Of a stretch of 64,000 nucleotides of DNA, positions 48,604-57,759 are shown one piece after another. Position 1 is the first letter of the stretch. Each line of letters opens with the position of its first letter. The translations under genes were made by a program, and so were the position numbers. The stretch covers positions 1 through 64,000 of IMG/VR virus record IMGVR_UViG_3300013093_000017, one strand, 5' to 3'. Below the pieces are notes generated by a model that saw nothing but the letters and a program-made list of their open reading frames with translations, did no database searches and was not told where the DNA came from.

Positions 48604-49662
48604 ATGAGAGCAAAAGAATTCCTTAAAGAAGATCCGGCAAAGATCAGTCAAATTGCGCAAAGTGTACAAAAAATACCACCTAATGCTGATCCACGATTAT
48701 TACAGAAGCTTCAGGATTTGATAGATTTAGCTATTAATGGACCTGAAGCTGCACCTAAACCTAACACGCCATCAACATACGGAGCGGTTGCTACACCCCT
48801 TTCGAATGTAGAAGATCGCGATGTTAGAGCACATTATAAAGTAATGGCTAAATTTATGATTGGAAACGGATTAACCTCACAAGAGATTAAAGATATAATC
48901 CGTGGATTACAAGAAGACAAGCTAATAAGTATAGCTGCGTTAACTTCAACATCTAGTGATCTTTCAAAGATTATTCCTTATTATAATACATCACCTGAAG
49001 TAGCTCATTATTTTGATGATATGTTAATGTATCAACCAGGGCAACGAATTGGTCCAGGAGAAATTCTATTTGCCACACATAGTAAAAATTTAACTAAAGG
49101 TGTAAAAGGTGACCTAACAGTTATTAGTGATAATCGCGAAATTGAAGTTAAAGGTGGAAAAACTGCTGGAAGATTTAGTGATGATGATGTAAAAACAAAT
49201 ATTGCTCCGTATTCGGCAGCAGTTGCAAACTTTATGAACAAATACAGTTCATTAATTAAAGGGGCAGGTAAAAGCGGGTATTCTATGGAACATATAGTAG
49301 CCGGAATGAACGCTAATCCAGATATGGCCAACGAGATCGCATCAGATGCTACTGCTACTATAGGAGCACTATGGGGATCTAATAATAGGTATATTCCTGA
49401 AATAGAAAAAGCATTAAAAAACAAAGATCCAAAAAATGCACTATACTATCACGGGTTAGCTAACTTAGACATCTATTTTGGAGCTAAAGCGGCAGGAATG
49501 GGTATACTGTTTATTCATGCCGGTCAATCTCCGGCACACACAAATTATGCCGATAGTTTAGAAGATCTAATCAAAGTGAGTAATATTACTGTCAGTTCTG
49601 CATATCCTATATCACCTAGACCAGCTGAAGCATTTCCTAAGATTTCTGCTTTAGCAAAATAA
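48604..49662 (+). CDS. Hypothetical late protein with nuclease-like motif
   Basis: GPGEILF...GDL...IEVKGG; GATAAATA upstream. Confidence 0.55.
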   Translation: MRAKEFLKEDPAKISQIAQSVQKIPPNADPRLLQKLQDLIDLAINGPEAAPKPNTPSTYGAVATPLSNVEDRDVRAHYKVMAKFMIGNGLTSQEIKDIIRGLQEDKLISIAALTSTSSDLSKIIPYYNTSPEVAHYFDDMLMYQPGQRIGPGEILFATHSKNLTKGVKGDLTVISDNREIEVKGGKTAGRFSDDDVKTNIAPYSAAVANFMNKYSSLIKGAGKSGYSMEHIVAGMNANPDMANEIASDATATIGALWGSNNRYIPEIEKALKNKDPKNALYYHGLANLDIYFGAKAAGMGILFIHAGQSPAHTNYADSLEDLIKVSNITVSSAYPISPRPAEAFPKISALAK

Positions 49663-49755
49663 TATACCAACATAACTCATTGTTTCTACAGATATCTACC
49701 AACTTAATCTAGATTAAACTCTCCGTAAATAGTTACACACTACCTCGGAGAGAAA

Positions 49756-50211
49756 ATGCGAACAATTGTTCGAATACTAATCTGCAATCTTTTAATGGTC
49801 GCCAGTTTGTCTGCCGCACCTCTACAAGACTTTCAATTCAAAAGTCCAAGTTTCAACGGCAATGGATATGGCACCTATGTGCTAACCATTCAGAACGAAG
49901 AATATACCCGTACACAAGCAATACAACAGGCATTAGAAGCAGCTAAACAAGCCGCAGCCACCGCAGCAGCTAATACTCCATTAAATCAATTCTTAACTAA
50001 TTTAGAAAGCCGTGTACTGGCACAGGTAAGTCAAAACCTAGCCACAGCTATGTTTGCTCCGGGAGCGGCCACAAGTGGAACATTTAACTTCCAAGGTAAT
50101 ACAATATTTTGGCAGAACAATGGCGGTAGTATAACATTACAAGTAACAGATAGTTTGGGCAATCAAACAACTATCAATGTGCCATTAGGATCATTTACAT
50201 TTACACCATAA
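49756..50211 (+). CDS. csgF: Curli assembly protein CsgF-like
   Basis: Signal peptide, FQFKSPSFNGNG, FLTNLESRVLAQVS, GNQTTINVP. Confidence 0.85.
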   Translation: MRTIVRILICNLLMVASLSAAPLQDFQFKSPSFNGNGYGTYVLTIQNEEYTRTQAIQQALEAAKQAAATAAANTPLNQFLTNLESRVLAQVSQNLATAMFAPGAATSGTFNFQGNTIFWQNNGGSITLQVTDSLGNQTTINVPLGSFTFTP

Positions 50212-50993
50212 TGAAAAAACTATTAATCATCGCATTGTTATTATTGTTAAACGGCTGTGCTACTATACAGAAAGCAGGGCTTGAGCATGCTCCGGAACTA
50301 GCAAAAAACAAAATGGAAAAAGAGTTCGATGCTATTCCGGCTCCAGCAGGTCCTAGAGTGACTGTGGCAGTCTACAGCTTTAAAGATATGACCGGTCAGC
50401 GTAGAAATACACCAAACATAGCCAGCTTTAGCACTGCGGTAACGCAAGGTGCTGAGCCATTCTTAATCAATGCTCTACAAGAAGTAGGACATGGACAATG
50501 GTTTGATGTTGTGGAACGTGTAAACGTAGATAACTTGATCAAAGAACGTACTATTATTAAACAGATGCGAGATGCCTATGAAGGTAAAGAAGCTAAACCT
50601 CTAGCACCATTACAATTTGCCGGTATCATTATGGAAGGCGGTATTGTTGGATTTGATAGCAGTACAGAATCAGGTGGCATTGCTTATAAATGGTTAGGTA
50701 TTGGTCCACAGACACAATATTCAAAAGATATCGTAACAGTTAGTCTACGTGCGGTGAGTGTTAGTACAGGCAAAGTACTAACCACAGTAACCGTTACCAA
50801 AACTATTTACAGTACCGCAGACAGCATGGCTGTATTGAAGTTCTTCAAAGGTGGCACACAGGCTTTTGAATTTGAAAGTGGCTTAACTATTAACGAACCA
50901 GAAACACTAGCAGTTAAGACCACAGTCGAAGCGGCTGTGGTAGAGTTGATCAAGGAAGGTCAACAGAAAGGAATTTGGGACTATCGTAAGTAA
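50211..50993 (+). CDS. csgG: Curli secretion lipoprotein CsgG
   Basis: Lipobox LNGC, VAVYSFKDMTGQR, STAVTQGA, WFDVVER, EGGIVGFD. Confidence 0.93.
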   Translation: MKKLLIIALLLLLNGCATIQKAGLEHAPELAKNKMEKEFDAIPAPAGPRVTVAVYSFKDMTGQRRNTPNIASFSTAVTQGAEPFLINALQEVGHGQWFDVVERVNVDNLIKERTIIKQMRDAYEGKEAKPLAPLQFAGIIMEGGIVGFDSSTESGGIAYKWLGIGPQTQYSKDIVTVSLRAVSVSTGKVLTTVTVTKTIYSTADSMAVLKFFKGGTQAFEFESGLTINEPETLAVKTTVEAAVVELIKEGQQKGIWDYRK

Positions 50994-51057
50994 GACCCAA
51001 ATAATAAGAATCCGTCATTCGGATCATTAAGACAGTAACATGTCAAGGAGCAAGCAA

Positions 51058-51885
51058 ATGAAAAAGTCATATAAACTTTTGAGTTTAATTTTAGCATTAA
51101 CAACATCAGCAGCATTTGGTGCAGATAACAGCATCTATATTGAACAAAGCGGTAGCACATCTAATGTTACTGTAACTCAAGACGGTGCCGGCAACGTAAT
51201 GCGTGGTATACAAGGATCAGGTAGTGGTAATACTACTCCTTCTGTGATCTTTGGTAATAGCAATAATGTTACAATTGATCAAGTCGGTACTGGTAATACA
51301 TTAGACCTTGGTATTCAAACCAGCACAGTTAACGGTGTAACTAATGGCAACAACTTTAGCTATACAGTTAATGGTAATAATGCTACAGCTATTATTGATA
51401 GTAATAATAATGGACAAGGTGTAAGTGGAAGTAACAATGTATCAGTTACTCAAAACGGTAATAACGCTAATCTTGATATTAATCTATTAGGTAATACTAA
51501 TAATATTACAGCAACTACCACAGGTGGTGCAAATAACAGTTTAGTATCTACTATTAATGGTAACGATAATAGTCAAACTATTAGTGTAACTGGTGCTAGC
51601 AATAGTCTTGTGGTTAATCAAGGTATCGGCGGTAGTGCGTTAACAACTGGACAATCTGCTACAACTAACAGCAATGGTAGTGTAGATATTACTATCGTAG
51701 GCACTAGCAACGTTCTTAATCTAGCACAGACCAGTGCTGGATATACCAACACCGCAGTGGTTAGTTTAGATGGATCAAGCAACGTTACTAATATCACACA
51801 AAATGCCGCAGCAGGTAACACTACTGTAAATCTTCACAGTGTAGGCAGCAGCAATAACTTTACGATCAATACTAACGCTCACTAA
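51058..51885 (+). CDS. Secreted curlin-like repeat protein
   Basis: Signal peptide; repeats of I/V-x-Q-x-G-x-x-N; Asn/Gly/Ser/Thr-rich. Confidence 0.75.
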   Translation: MKKSYKLLSLILALTTSAAFGADNSIYIEQSGSTSNVTVTQDGAGNVMRGIQGSGSGNTTPSVIFGNSNNVTIDQVGTGNTLDLGIQTSTVNGVTNGNNFSYTVNGNNATAIIDSNNNGQGVSGSNNVSVTQNGNNANLDINLLGNTNNITATTTGGANNSLVSTINGNDNSQTISVTGASNSLVVNQGIGGSALTTGQSATTNSNGSVDITIVGTSNVLNLAQTSAGYTNTAVVSLDGSSNVTNITQNAAAGNTTVNLHSVGSSNNFTINTNAH

Positions 51886-51896
51886 GGGCTACAGTA

Positions 51897-53018
51897 ATGC
51901 GTAAACTACTACTTCTTGTGCTGTTCAGCATTTCACTGGACAGCACAGCTTCAGTAGGCACAATCACAGAACAAACATCAGTGCCTGGCAGTATTCTGCG
52001 GGCAAGCAAAACATTGCCGGGAACCAAAGGCCAAGGTGTAGAAATGGCAGATGCTATTGCCACAACCAAAGGCAAGGTTGGTATTACATTTGAAGATCAA
52101 ACCAAAGTAGAAGTTAATGATAACAGTAAATTAGTTATTGATGATTTTGTCTACGATCCAAAGAAAGGATCGGGTAAACTAGCAATGAAATTCACTGCTG
52201 GCACAGTGCGCTATGCTAGTGGTGCTATTGCACACAATGATCCAAGTAAGGTAGCCTTAAACACCCCTAGCGCGACCATAGCAGTGCGCGGTACTGACTT
52301 CAGTGCTACTGTAGACGAAACTGGTGCCAGCACTATCGTCCTATTGCCAAGTTGTCCCCTAGGTTGGGTTGATATTGAACGTGACTGCAAGACGGGTGCT
52401 ATTGATGTTATGAACGAGGCAGGTAGTGTTAGTCTAACCAAACCATTCCAAGGCACCAAGGTAGAGAATCGTAATACAGCACCAATGAAGCCTGCTATAT
52501 TAAATCTAACCTTAGATACTATTAATAATCTATTAATCATTAGCCCACCTAAAGAAATTGACAAACACAAAATAGAAAAAGGTGATGCCGAAACTAAGGA
52601 AGCAGGTAATATGCTTGATCAAAACTTTCTTAAACAAGATTTCCTAAAGAATGAATTTGATGTAGAAGGGCCTGTTTGGACCGACCCACTTAATCAACCA
52701 CTGCTTCAACAGTATTTTCTAGAGAACATCTTTAACATATTGTCAGATCAACTGGCAGAAGAATCACAAAATTTATTAAAGAATCAACTTGATCCAAAAA
52801 CGCAGTTATTGCCAGACTGGTTTAAATCAAGTCAGATCACAGTAGCACAAGATCCTACCAGTGTAACTCTATGTCGCCCAGACGGCAGTAGCAATGTAGA
52901 GTGCGTTAAGACTCCACACGATCAAAGCACCACAGTTTATATGACACAGGGTAGTGTGACATTTAAGAATCGTATCAATCAAGGAAATAATACTATTATT
53001 ATTCTAAAACAAAACTAA
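51897..53018 (+). CDS. Secreted FecR-domain protein
   Basis: ITFEDQTKVEVNDNSKL, GTVRYASG, TPSATIAVRGTDF. Confidence 0.85.
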   Translation: MRKLLLLVLFSISLDSTASVGTITEQTSVPGSILRASKTLPGTKGQGVEMADAIATTKGKVGITFEDQTKVEVNDNSKLVIDDFVYDPKKGSGKLAMKFTAGTVRYASGAIAHNDPSKVALNTPSATIAVRGTDFSATVDETGASTIVLLPSCPLGWVDIERDCKTGAIDVMNEAGSVSLTKPFQGTKVENRNTAPMKPAILNLTLDTINNLLIISPPKEIDKHKIEKGDAETKEAGNMLDQNFLKQDFLKNEFDVEGPVWTDPLNQPLLQQYFLENIFNILSDQLAEESQNLLKNQLDPKTQLLPDWFKSSQITVAQDPTSVTLCRPDGSSNVECVKTPHDQSTTVYMTQGSVTFKNRINQGNNTIIILKQN

Positions 53019-53581
53019 TGCGTAAACTACTCTTACTTTTATTATTTTGTACTAGTGCATGGGCCGATTCGGGCATCTACATAGATCAGGTTGGCAGCAA
53101 TAACCAAATCACTATTACACAAGACGGAGATGGACATTCTATAAATCTTACTCTAGGTAAAGATAGCCCACTTGACAATTCTATTATTAATATCACACAA
53201 CAAGGACTAGGCGCCAAGAATGCCAATATAGATATGCCCGGCGGCTATAATAACACAGTGCGAGTCAGTCAAGACGGCAACGGAAGTCAAACTGCGAATA
53301 TTACCTCACTCAGTGGTGCTGCTAATTCTGTTGATATAACCCAATCCGGTGCGAGTAATAATACATTTAATATACTAGGTCTCGGTATTAACAATGCTAA
53401 TACTATTACTGCAACACAATCAGGCAATGCAGGCGCTGACAAGAGTTTCACCCTTAATATGAGCAATACCAATGGTGCTACAGTAAATATACAACAAACA
53501 AATCCCTCTCAACCAAATACTGGCAGTATGAGCATTAACTGTTATACAGGCTGCGGAACATACAGTTACATAAGAAACTAG
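53018..53581 (+). CDS. Second curlin-like repeat protein
   Basis: IDQVGSNN, ITQDGDG, ITQQG, VSQDGNG, ITQSG repeats. Confidence 0.75.
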   Translation: MRKLLLLLLFCTSAWADSGIYIDQVGSNNQITITQDGDGHSINLTLGKDSPLDNSIINITQQGLGAKNANIDMPGGYNNTVRVSQDGNGSQTANITSLSGAANSVDITQSGASNNTFNILGLGINNANTITATQSGNAGADKSFTLNMSNTNGATVNIQQTNPSQPNTGSMSINCYTGCGTYSYIRN

Positions 53582-53590
53582 GAGTAGTAA

Positions 53591-53755
53591 ATGACAAATC
53601 TAAGCGAAGCAATAGTTAGACTACATGATGTGGCAAGAAAGATTGAAAGAGAATTAGATTCAAAAAAATACAGTTCTGAAATACTTGAGATAGCTGATCT
53701 AATTACCAAAGTAGATTATAAACTTCGCATAGAAGAATACGACGCAAGAGATTAA
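53591..53755 (+). CDS. 54 aa hypothetical protein
   Basis: AGGAG RBS; MTNLSEAIVRLHDVARKIE... Confidence 0.55.
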   Translation: MTNLSEAIVRLHDVARKIERELDSKKYSSEILEIADLITKVDYKLRIEEYDARD

Positions 53756-53784
53756 TGTAATCAAACTGTAACACAAATTGTAAT
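53756..53784 (+). promoter_or_regulatory. Pho-box-like direct repeats
   Basis: TGTAAT, TGTAAC and TGTAAT at 53756, 53767 and 53779. Confidence 0.45.
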
Positions 53785-53833
53785 CTAACTATTTGATTTA
53801 TTTTATAAATACCATTCTAAAAGGAGATATGTT

Positions 53834-53992
53834 ATGAAACAACGTAAATTATTAAAACAGTTGTATCAAGCGTGCCTCGAACACGATACAGACAAGATCC
53901 AAGAGCTCAAGTTATTAGAGTTTCAGAAAATTTTGAAACACAAGTCCGAAGGTAAGTCGTTTGGTAGCAAATGGACTTTGGTAAGGATTTAA
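53834..53992 (+). CDS. 52 aa small protein, paralogue of 24408
   Basis: AAGGAG RBS; MKQRKLLKQLYQACLEH... Confidence 0.6.
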   Translation: MKQRKLLKQLYQACLEHDTDKIQELKLLEFQKILKHKSEGKSFGSKWTLVRI

Positions 53993-54001
53993 TCTTATTA
54001 C

Positions 54002-54027
54002 AAACCCGCTTCGGCGGGTTTATTTTT
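54002..54027 (+). terminator. Rho-independent terminator
   Basis: AAACCCGC-TTCG-GCGGGTTT. Confidence 0.8.
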
Positions 54028-54031
54028 GTTC

Positions 54032-54049
54032 TTGTAATATTGTTGTAAT
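54032..54049 (+). promoter_or_regulatory. Pho-box-like repeat upstream of the plcP-like gene
   Basis: TGTAAT at 54033 and 54044 (11-bp period). Confidence 0.5.
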
Positions 54050-54071
54050 CTAATTATGTTTAAATATTAGC

Positions 54072-54833
54072 ATGACTAAAGACATCATCAAATATAAAAC
54101 CATCTGTATATCAGATGTTCATCTTGGCACAAAAGACTGTCAAGCCGATGTATTAAACGACTTCCTCAAATATCATACCTGTGAAAATTTATTCCTAATC
54201 GGTGACATCATCGATGGGTGGAAAATACAGCAGAATAAATGGCGCTGGCGTCAGAGCCATTCAAACGTAATACGCAGAATATTAGGTATGGGTAAACACG
54301 GAGTTCGTGTTACCTATGTAACTGGCAATCATGACGAGTTCCTTCGTCCGTTTGTTGCTGAAACATTCCGTATGGGAAATATACATATTGTTAACCATGC
54401 AGAATATCGTAGCATAGATGGTGATTTATATTTTATCACTCATGGTGATATGTTCGACGGTATAACTCGTGCAGCCAAATGGTTAAGTTTCTTAGGTGAC
54501 AAAGCCTATGATTTTGTCTTATGGATCAATACAAGATTTAACTACATACGCCACAAAATGGGGTTTGGATATTGGAGTTTAAGTAAATACCTTAAACATA
54601 AAGTAAAGAAAGCATTAGATTTTATCTTTGAGTTTGAAATAACTGTAACTGATTATGCTGCTAAACGTGGGTTTGATGGAGTAATATGTGGACACATACA
54701 CACTCCGGAAATCAAAACTATGCCAAACGGTATTATCTATATGAATGACGGTGACTGGGTAGAAAGTTGTTCAGCCCTAGTAGAACACTATGATGGCCGT
54801 TGGGAAATAGTGTATTGGAATAAATCTATATAA
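54072..54833 (+). CDS. PlcP-like phospholipase C (LpxH-family metallophosphoesterase)
   Basis: SDVHLG, GDIIDGW, GNHDEFLR, HGD, CGHIH, NDGDWVESCSALVE. Confidence 0.85.
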   Translation: MTKDIIKYKTICISDVHLGTKDCQADVLNDFLKYHTCENLFLIGDIIDGWKIQQNKWRWRQSHSNVIRRILGMGKHGVRVTYVTGNHDEFLRPFVAETFRMGNIHIVNHAEYRSIDGDLYFITHGDMFDGITRAAKWLSFLGDKAYDFVLWINTRFNYIRHKMGFGYWSLSKYLKHKVKKALDFIFEFEITVTDYAAKRGFDGVICGHIHTPEIKTMPNGIIYMNDGDWVESCSALVEHYDGRWEIVYWNKSI

Positions 54834-55003
54834 TGTGGTTGCTGATGATATTATCCGTCAGCATAACTAATCCAAATGACATTCCTGGCATCGTAACTAT
54901 AGATTATAAAACGCAACAAGAATGCGAAGCAGCAATCGCTTCGATGACTTCGTGGTTAAAGTTTGATTCATTTAAGGTAACTGCGCAATGCCTGAAAAAA
55001 TAA
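54833..55003 (+). CDS. 56 aa small exported protein
   Basis: Hydrophobic N-terminus, Cys pair; overlaps both neighbours. Confidence 0.5.
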   Translation: MWLLMILSVSITNPNDIPGIVTIDYKTQQECEAAIASMTSWLKFDSFKVTAQCLKK

Positions 55004-56007
55004 TATTAATAATAACAGACAATCTAAGGAATCAAGTAAATGGCGTGGTCACAACGTTTAAAAGTATCGAAGCGCACGCAGCTTCTGATGGGTATCGCAT
55101 TGTTTATCTTGATCCCGGGCAGTTCGCTCATATTGATTGCCCTGGCTACCCTGAAGTTAAACTCAGCTGGCCTTGGAAGATTGGTCGTAAAATTAAGACG
55201 ATGGCTCCGGATTATATTCACATCGCAACCGAAGGTCCCTTAGGATTAGCCTCACGGTGTTATTTAGATTTCTTAGGTATAAGATATAACACCAGTTATC
55301 ATACCAAATTTCCAGAATTCTTAAACAAGATGTACAAGATTCCAGAATGGATAACCTACGCTTATATGCGCTGGTTCCATAAACACAGCGGTCGTGTGCT
55401 GACCACAACACAAACAATGGTTGATGATTTGCGGGCACGTGGATTTGATGGTGATATCATTCCTTGGACACGCGGCGTAGATCGTTCAATATTTAACAGC
55501 CTGCACCGAGGTGAAACAGTAGCAGGTCGCCCAATCTTAGTCAGTGTTGGCCGCGTTAGTAAAGAGAAAAACCTAGATGAGTTTTGCCAAATAGATTATC
55601 CGGACTGTACTAAGATAGTAGTAGGTGATGGACCGTATCGAAAAGAATTGGAATCCAAGTATCCAGATGTTATATTTGCTGGTGCTAAGTTTGGAACCAG
55701 TCTAGCAGAATATTATGCCAATGCGGATGTATTTGTGTTTACTAGTTTAACTGACACATTTGGCATCGTGATTATAGAAGCCTTAGCCTGTGGTACTCCA
55801 GTAGCGGCATATCCAGTACCGGGGCCTATTGATATATTAGAGCAAGGAGTTACTGGCTATATGTTCCGCGGGGATCTACGTACCGCAATAGACGGATGTC
55901 TAACATTAGACCGCAATGAGGTTGAACAGGCTAGCCAAAAATGGTCTTGGCAACACTGCTGGGACATTTTTCGTACCAATCTAATAGAAAAACAAAAAGA
56001 TTACTAA
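54988..56007 (+). CDS. GT4 glycosyltransferase (Agt-like glycolipid synthase)
   Basis: QVNGVVTT, IHIATEGPLG, YHTKFPE, VGRVSKEKN, DTFGIVIIEALACGTPV. Confidence 0.85.
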   Translation: MPEKIILIITDNLRNQVNGVVTTFKSIEAHAASDGYRIVYLDPGQFAHIDCPGYPEVKLSWPWKIGRKIKTMAPDYIHIATEGPLGLASRCYLDFLGIRYNTSYHTKFPEFLNKMYKIPEWITYAYMRWFHKHSGRVLTTTQTMVDDLRARGFDGDIIPWTRGVDRSIFNSLHRGETVAGRPILVSVGRVSKEKNLDEFCQIDYPDCTKIVVGDGPYRKELESKYPDVIFAGAKFGTSLAEYYANADVFVFTSLTDTFGIVIIEALACGTPVAAYPVPGPIDILEQGVTGYMFRGDLRTAIDGCLTLDRNEVEQASQKWSWQHCWDIFRTNLIEKQKDY

Positions 56008-56209
56008 TCTTTAATGATTTTCTGTATGTACTTTATGGGATTTTAGTGTATAATTATATATAAGTACTAGTAACAAGGAAGCAAAAGATTAGCAGACTTG
56101 TTGTAATACTTAAAGTGATCTCAAGTTGGACCTTTATCAAAACATCGATATCTCCAATGATCTGATTTGTTATTATTAATTTAATTTACAAATACAGGAG
56201 TAATATACT

Positions 56210-56281
56210 ATGTGGACTAAACCAGCAGCAACAGAAATGCGTTTCGGGTTTGAAGTCACGATGTATGTAATGAACAAGTAA
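56210..56281 (+). CDS. pqqA: PQQ precursor peptide PqqA, copy 1
   Basis: CAGGAG RBS; MWTKPAATEMRFGFEVTMYVMNK with E-x-x-x-Y. Confidence 0.92.
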   Translation: MWTKPAATEMRFGFEVTMYVMNK

Positions 56282-56343
56282 TTGTTCGTTCTACAGAGTG
56301 ATCAAACAAAATTGTTTTAATTAATCTCTAAAGGAGAAATATT

Positions 56344-56415
56344 ATGTGGACTAAACCAGCAGCTACTGAAATGCGTTTCGGGTTTGAAGTCACGATGTAT
56401 GTAATGAACAAGTAA
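56344..56415 (+). CDS. pqqA: PQQ precursor peptide PqqA, copy 2
   Basis: AAGGAG RBS; identical peptide with synonymous differences. Confidence 0.92.
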   Translation: MWTKPAATEMRFGFEVTMYVMNK

Positions 56416-56442
56416 TTGTTCTTACTATAAAGTGCATGAAAG

Positions 56443-56471
56443 AAAAAGCTCTACTTAGGTAGGGCTTTTTT
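56443..56471. terminator. Terminator overlapping the HNH gene end
   Basis: AAAAAGCTCTAC-TTAG-GTAGGGCTTTTTT. Confidence 0.75.
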
Positions 56472-56924
56472 ATTGGCTCTAGTTTGGGCTAAGGTTGCTC
56501 TAATCTTTGCGCGAGTTTCTTCACTAACCGCATGTCCTTTACGACTTTCTACCCAATTAGCTTTGTGCTCTTCGGATTTTACTTTTCCTTTCATTGCTTC
56601 AGACCGTTTTTTATTAATCTCTTCCCAGCGTCCTTCATCCTTTAGCCGTTGTAGATATTTTTTAGCACCTTCTGAATATCTTTCTTTTTCTTCATCGGTG
56701 CGTTTCTTACCCTTGTTAGCCATACCTTGTTTCATCCTTAATATTTCTTCTTGTCCTATGCGTCCAGACAATGCTTGCCAAGCACAGTAGTCTTGCCAAT
56801 TGCCGTGTTGTTCGTACAGCAAGCGATGTGCTTCTGCATGTTCTTCTACAGTGAGTTCTATTAGATTACTAGGATCGTCGTTGCCGCCTAGGTATTGTGG
56901 TATAATGTGATGTATATGTTTCAT
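56451..56924 (-). mobile_element. Free-standing HNH homing endonuclease with NUMOD3-like repeats
   Basis: HHIIPQYLGGNDDPSNLIELTVEEHAEAH; GKVKSEEHK and GHAVSEETRAKI repeats. Confidence 0.85.
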
Positions 56925-57078
56925 ACAGTTATTTATCATTGTTACTTCATAACCTATAAGTAAAATTTATTATGGTCATTAAAAAATACAATTAAAAAAA
57001 CCTATTAAAACCACTTGATTAATAGGTAAACTTGGATATATAATATATGTATATTAACAATTTAACAAGGAGAGTAAT

Positions 57079-57642
57079 ATGAAGATCGGACAACAAGTTC
57101 AACCATTCACTGCACAAGCATACCGTCAAGGTAAGTTTATCGAAGTTTCAGATCAAGCCCTACAAGGTAAATGGAGCATTGTGTTCTTTTACCCAGCAGA
57201 CTTTACATTTGTCTGCCCAACAGAACTAGCAGACCTACAAGATGTCTACGCAAGTGATTTCCAAGCACTAGGGGTTGAAGTATATAGCGTAAGTACAGAC
57301 ACACACTTTGTTCATAAAGCATGGGCCGATGCCACAGACACAATCCGTAATATCCAATATACAATGATTGGAGACCCTAATCATCAACTTGCTACACAGT
57401 TTGGTGTGTTAATTGAAGGCGAAGGACTAGCTGACCGTGGTACATTTGTCATTGATCCAGATGGTAAGATTCAAATCATTGAAATTAATCCAGGTGGTGT
57501 AGGTCGTGATGCTAAAGAATTACTACGCAAAGTTAAGGCAGCAAAATACACACGCGAACATCCAGGTGAAGTATGTCCAGCTAAATGGACAGAAGGTTCA
57601 GCTACTCTAGCACCTAGTTTAGACCTAGTAGGTAAACTATAA
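57079..57642 (+). CDS. ahpC: Peroxiredoxin AhpC
   Basis: [14 protein letters not shown] and GEVCPAKW. Confidence 0.96.
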   Translation: MKIGQQVQPFTAQAYRQGKFIEVSDQALQGKWSIVFFYPADFTFVCPTELADLQDVYASDFQALGVEVYSVSTDTHFVHKAWADATDTIRNIQYTMIGDPNHQLATQFGVLIEGEGLADRGTFVIDPDGKIQIIEINPGGVGRDAKELLRKVKAAKYTREHPGEVCPAKWTEGSATLAPSLDLVGKL

Positions 57643-57717
57643 TGTACGCCAGCGAGTATTATGATTATGTTAATTATTGTAGAATTCTTGGCCTTAATAA
57701 TTGCCCTGTTTGATTAA

Positions 57718-57743
57718 TAAAAGCCCTTCGGGGCTTTTCTTTT
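57718..57743 (+). terminator. Terminator
   Basis: AAAAGCCC-TTCG-GGGCTTTT. Confidence 0.8.
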
Positions 57744-57759
57744 GGTTAAATACTAGACT

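Noticed and set aside
54072-54833. Call as lipid A enzyme LpxH
   Set aside because: Motifs and pairing with an Agt-like GT4 fit PlcP better; not proven without phylogeny
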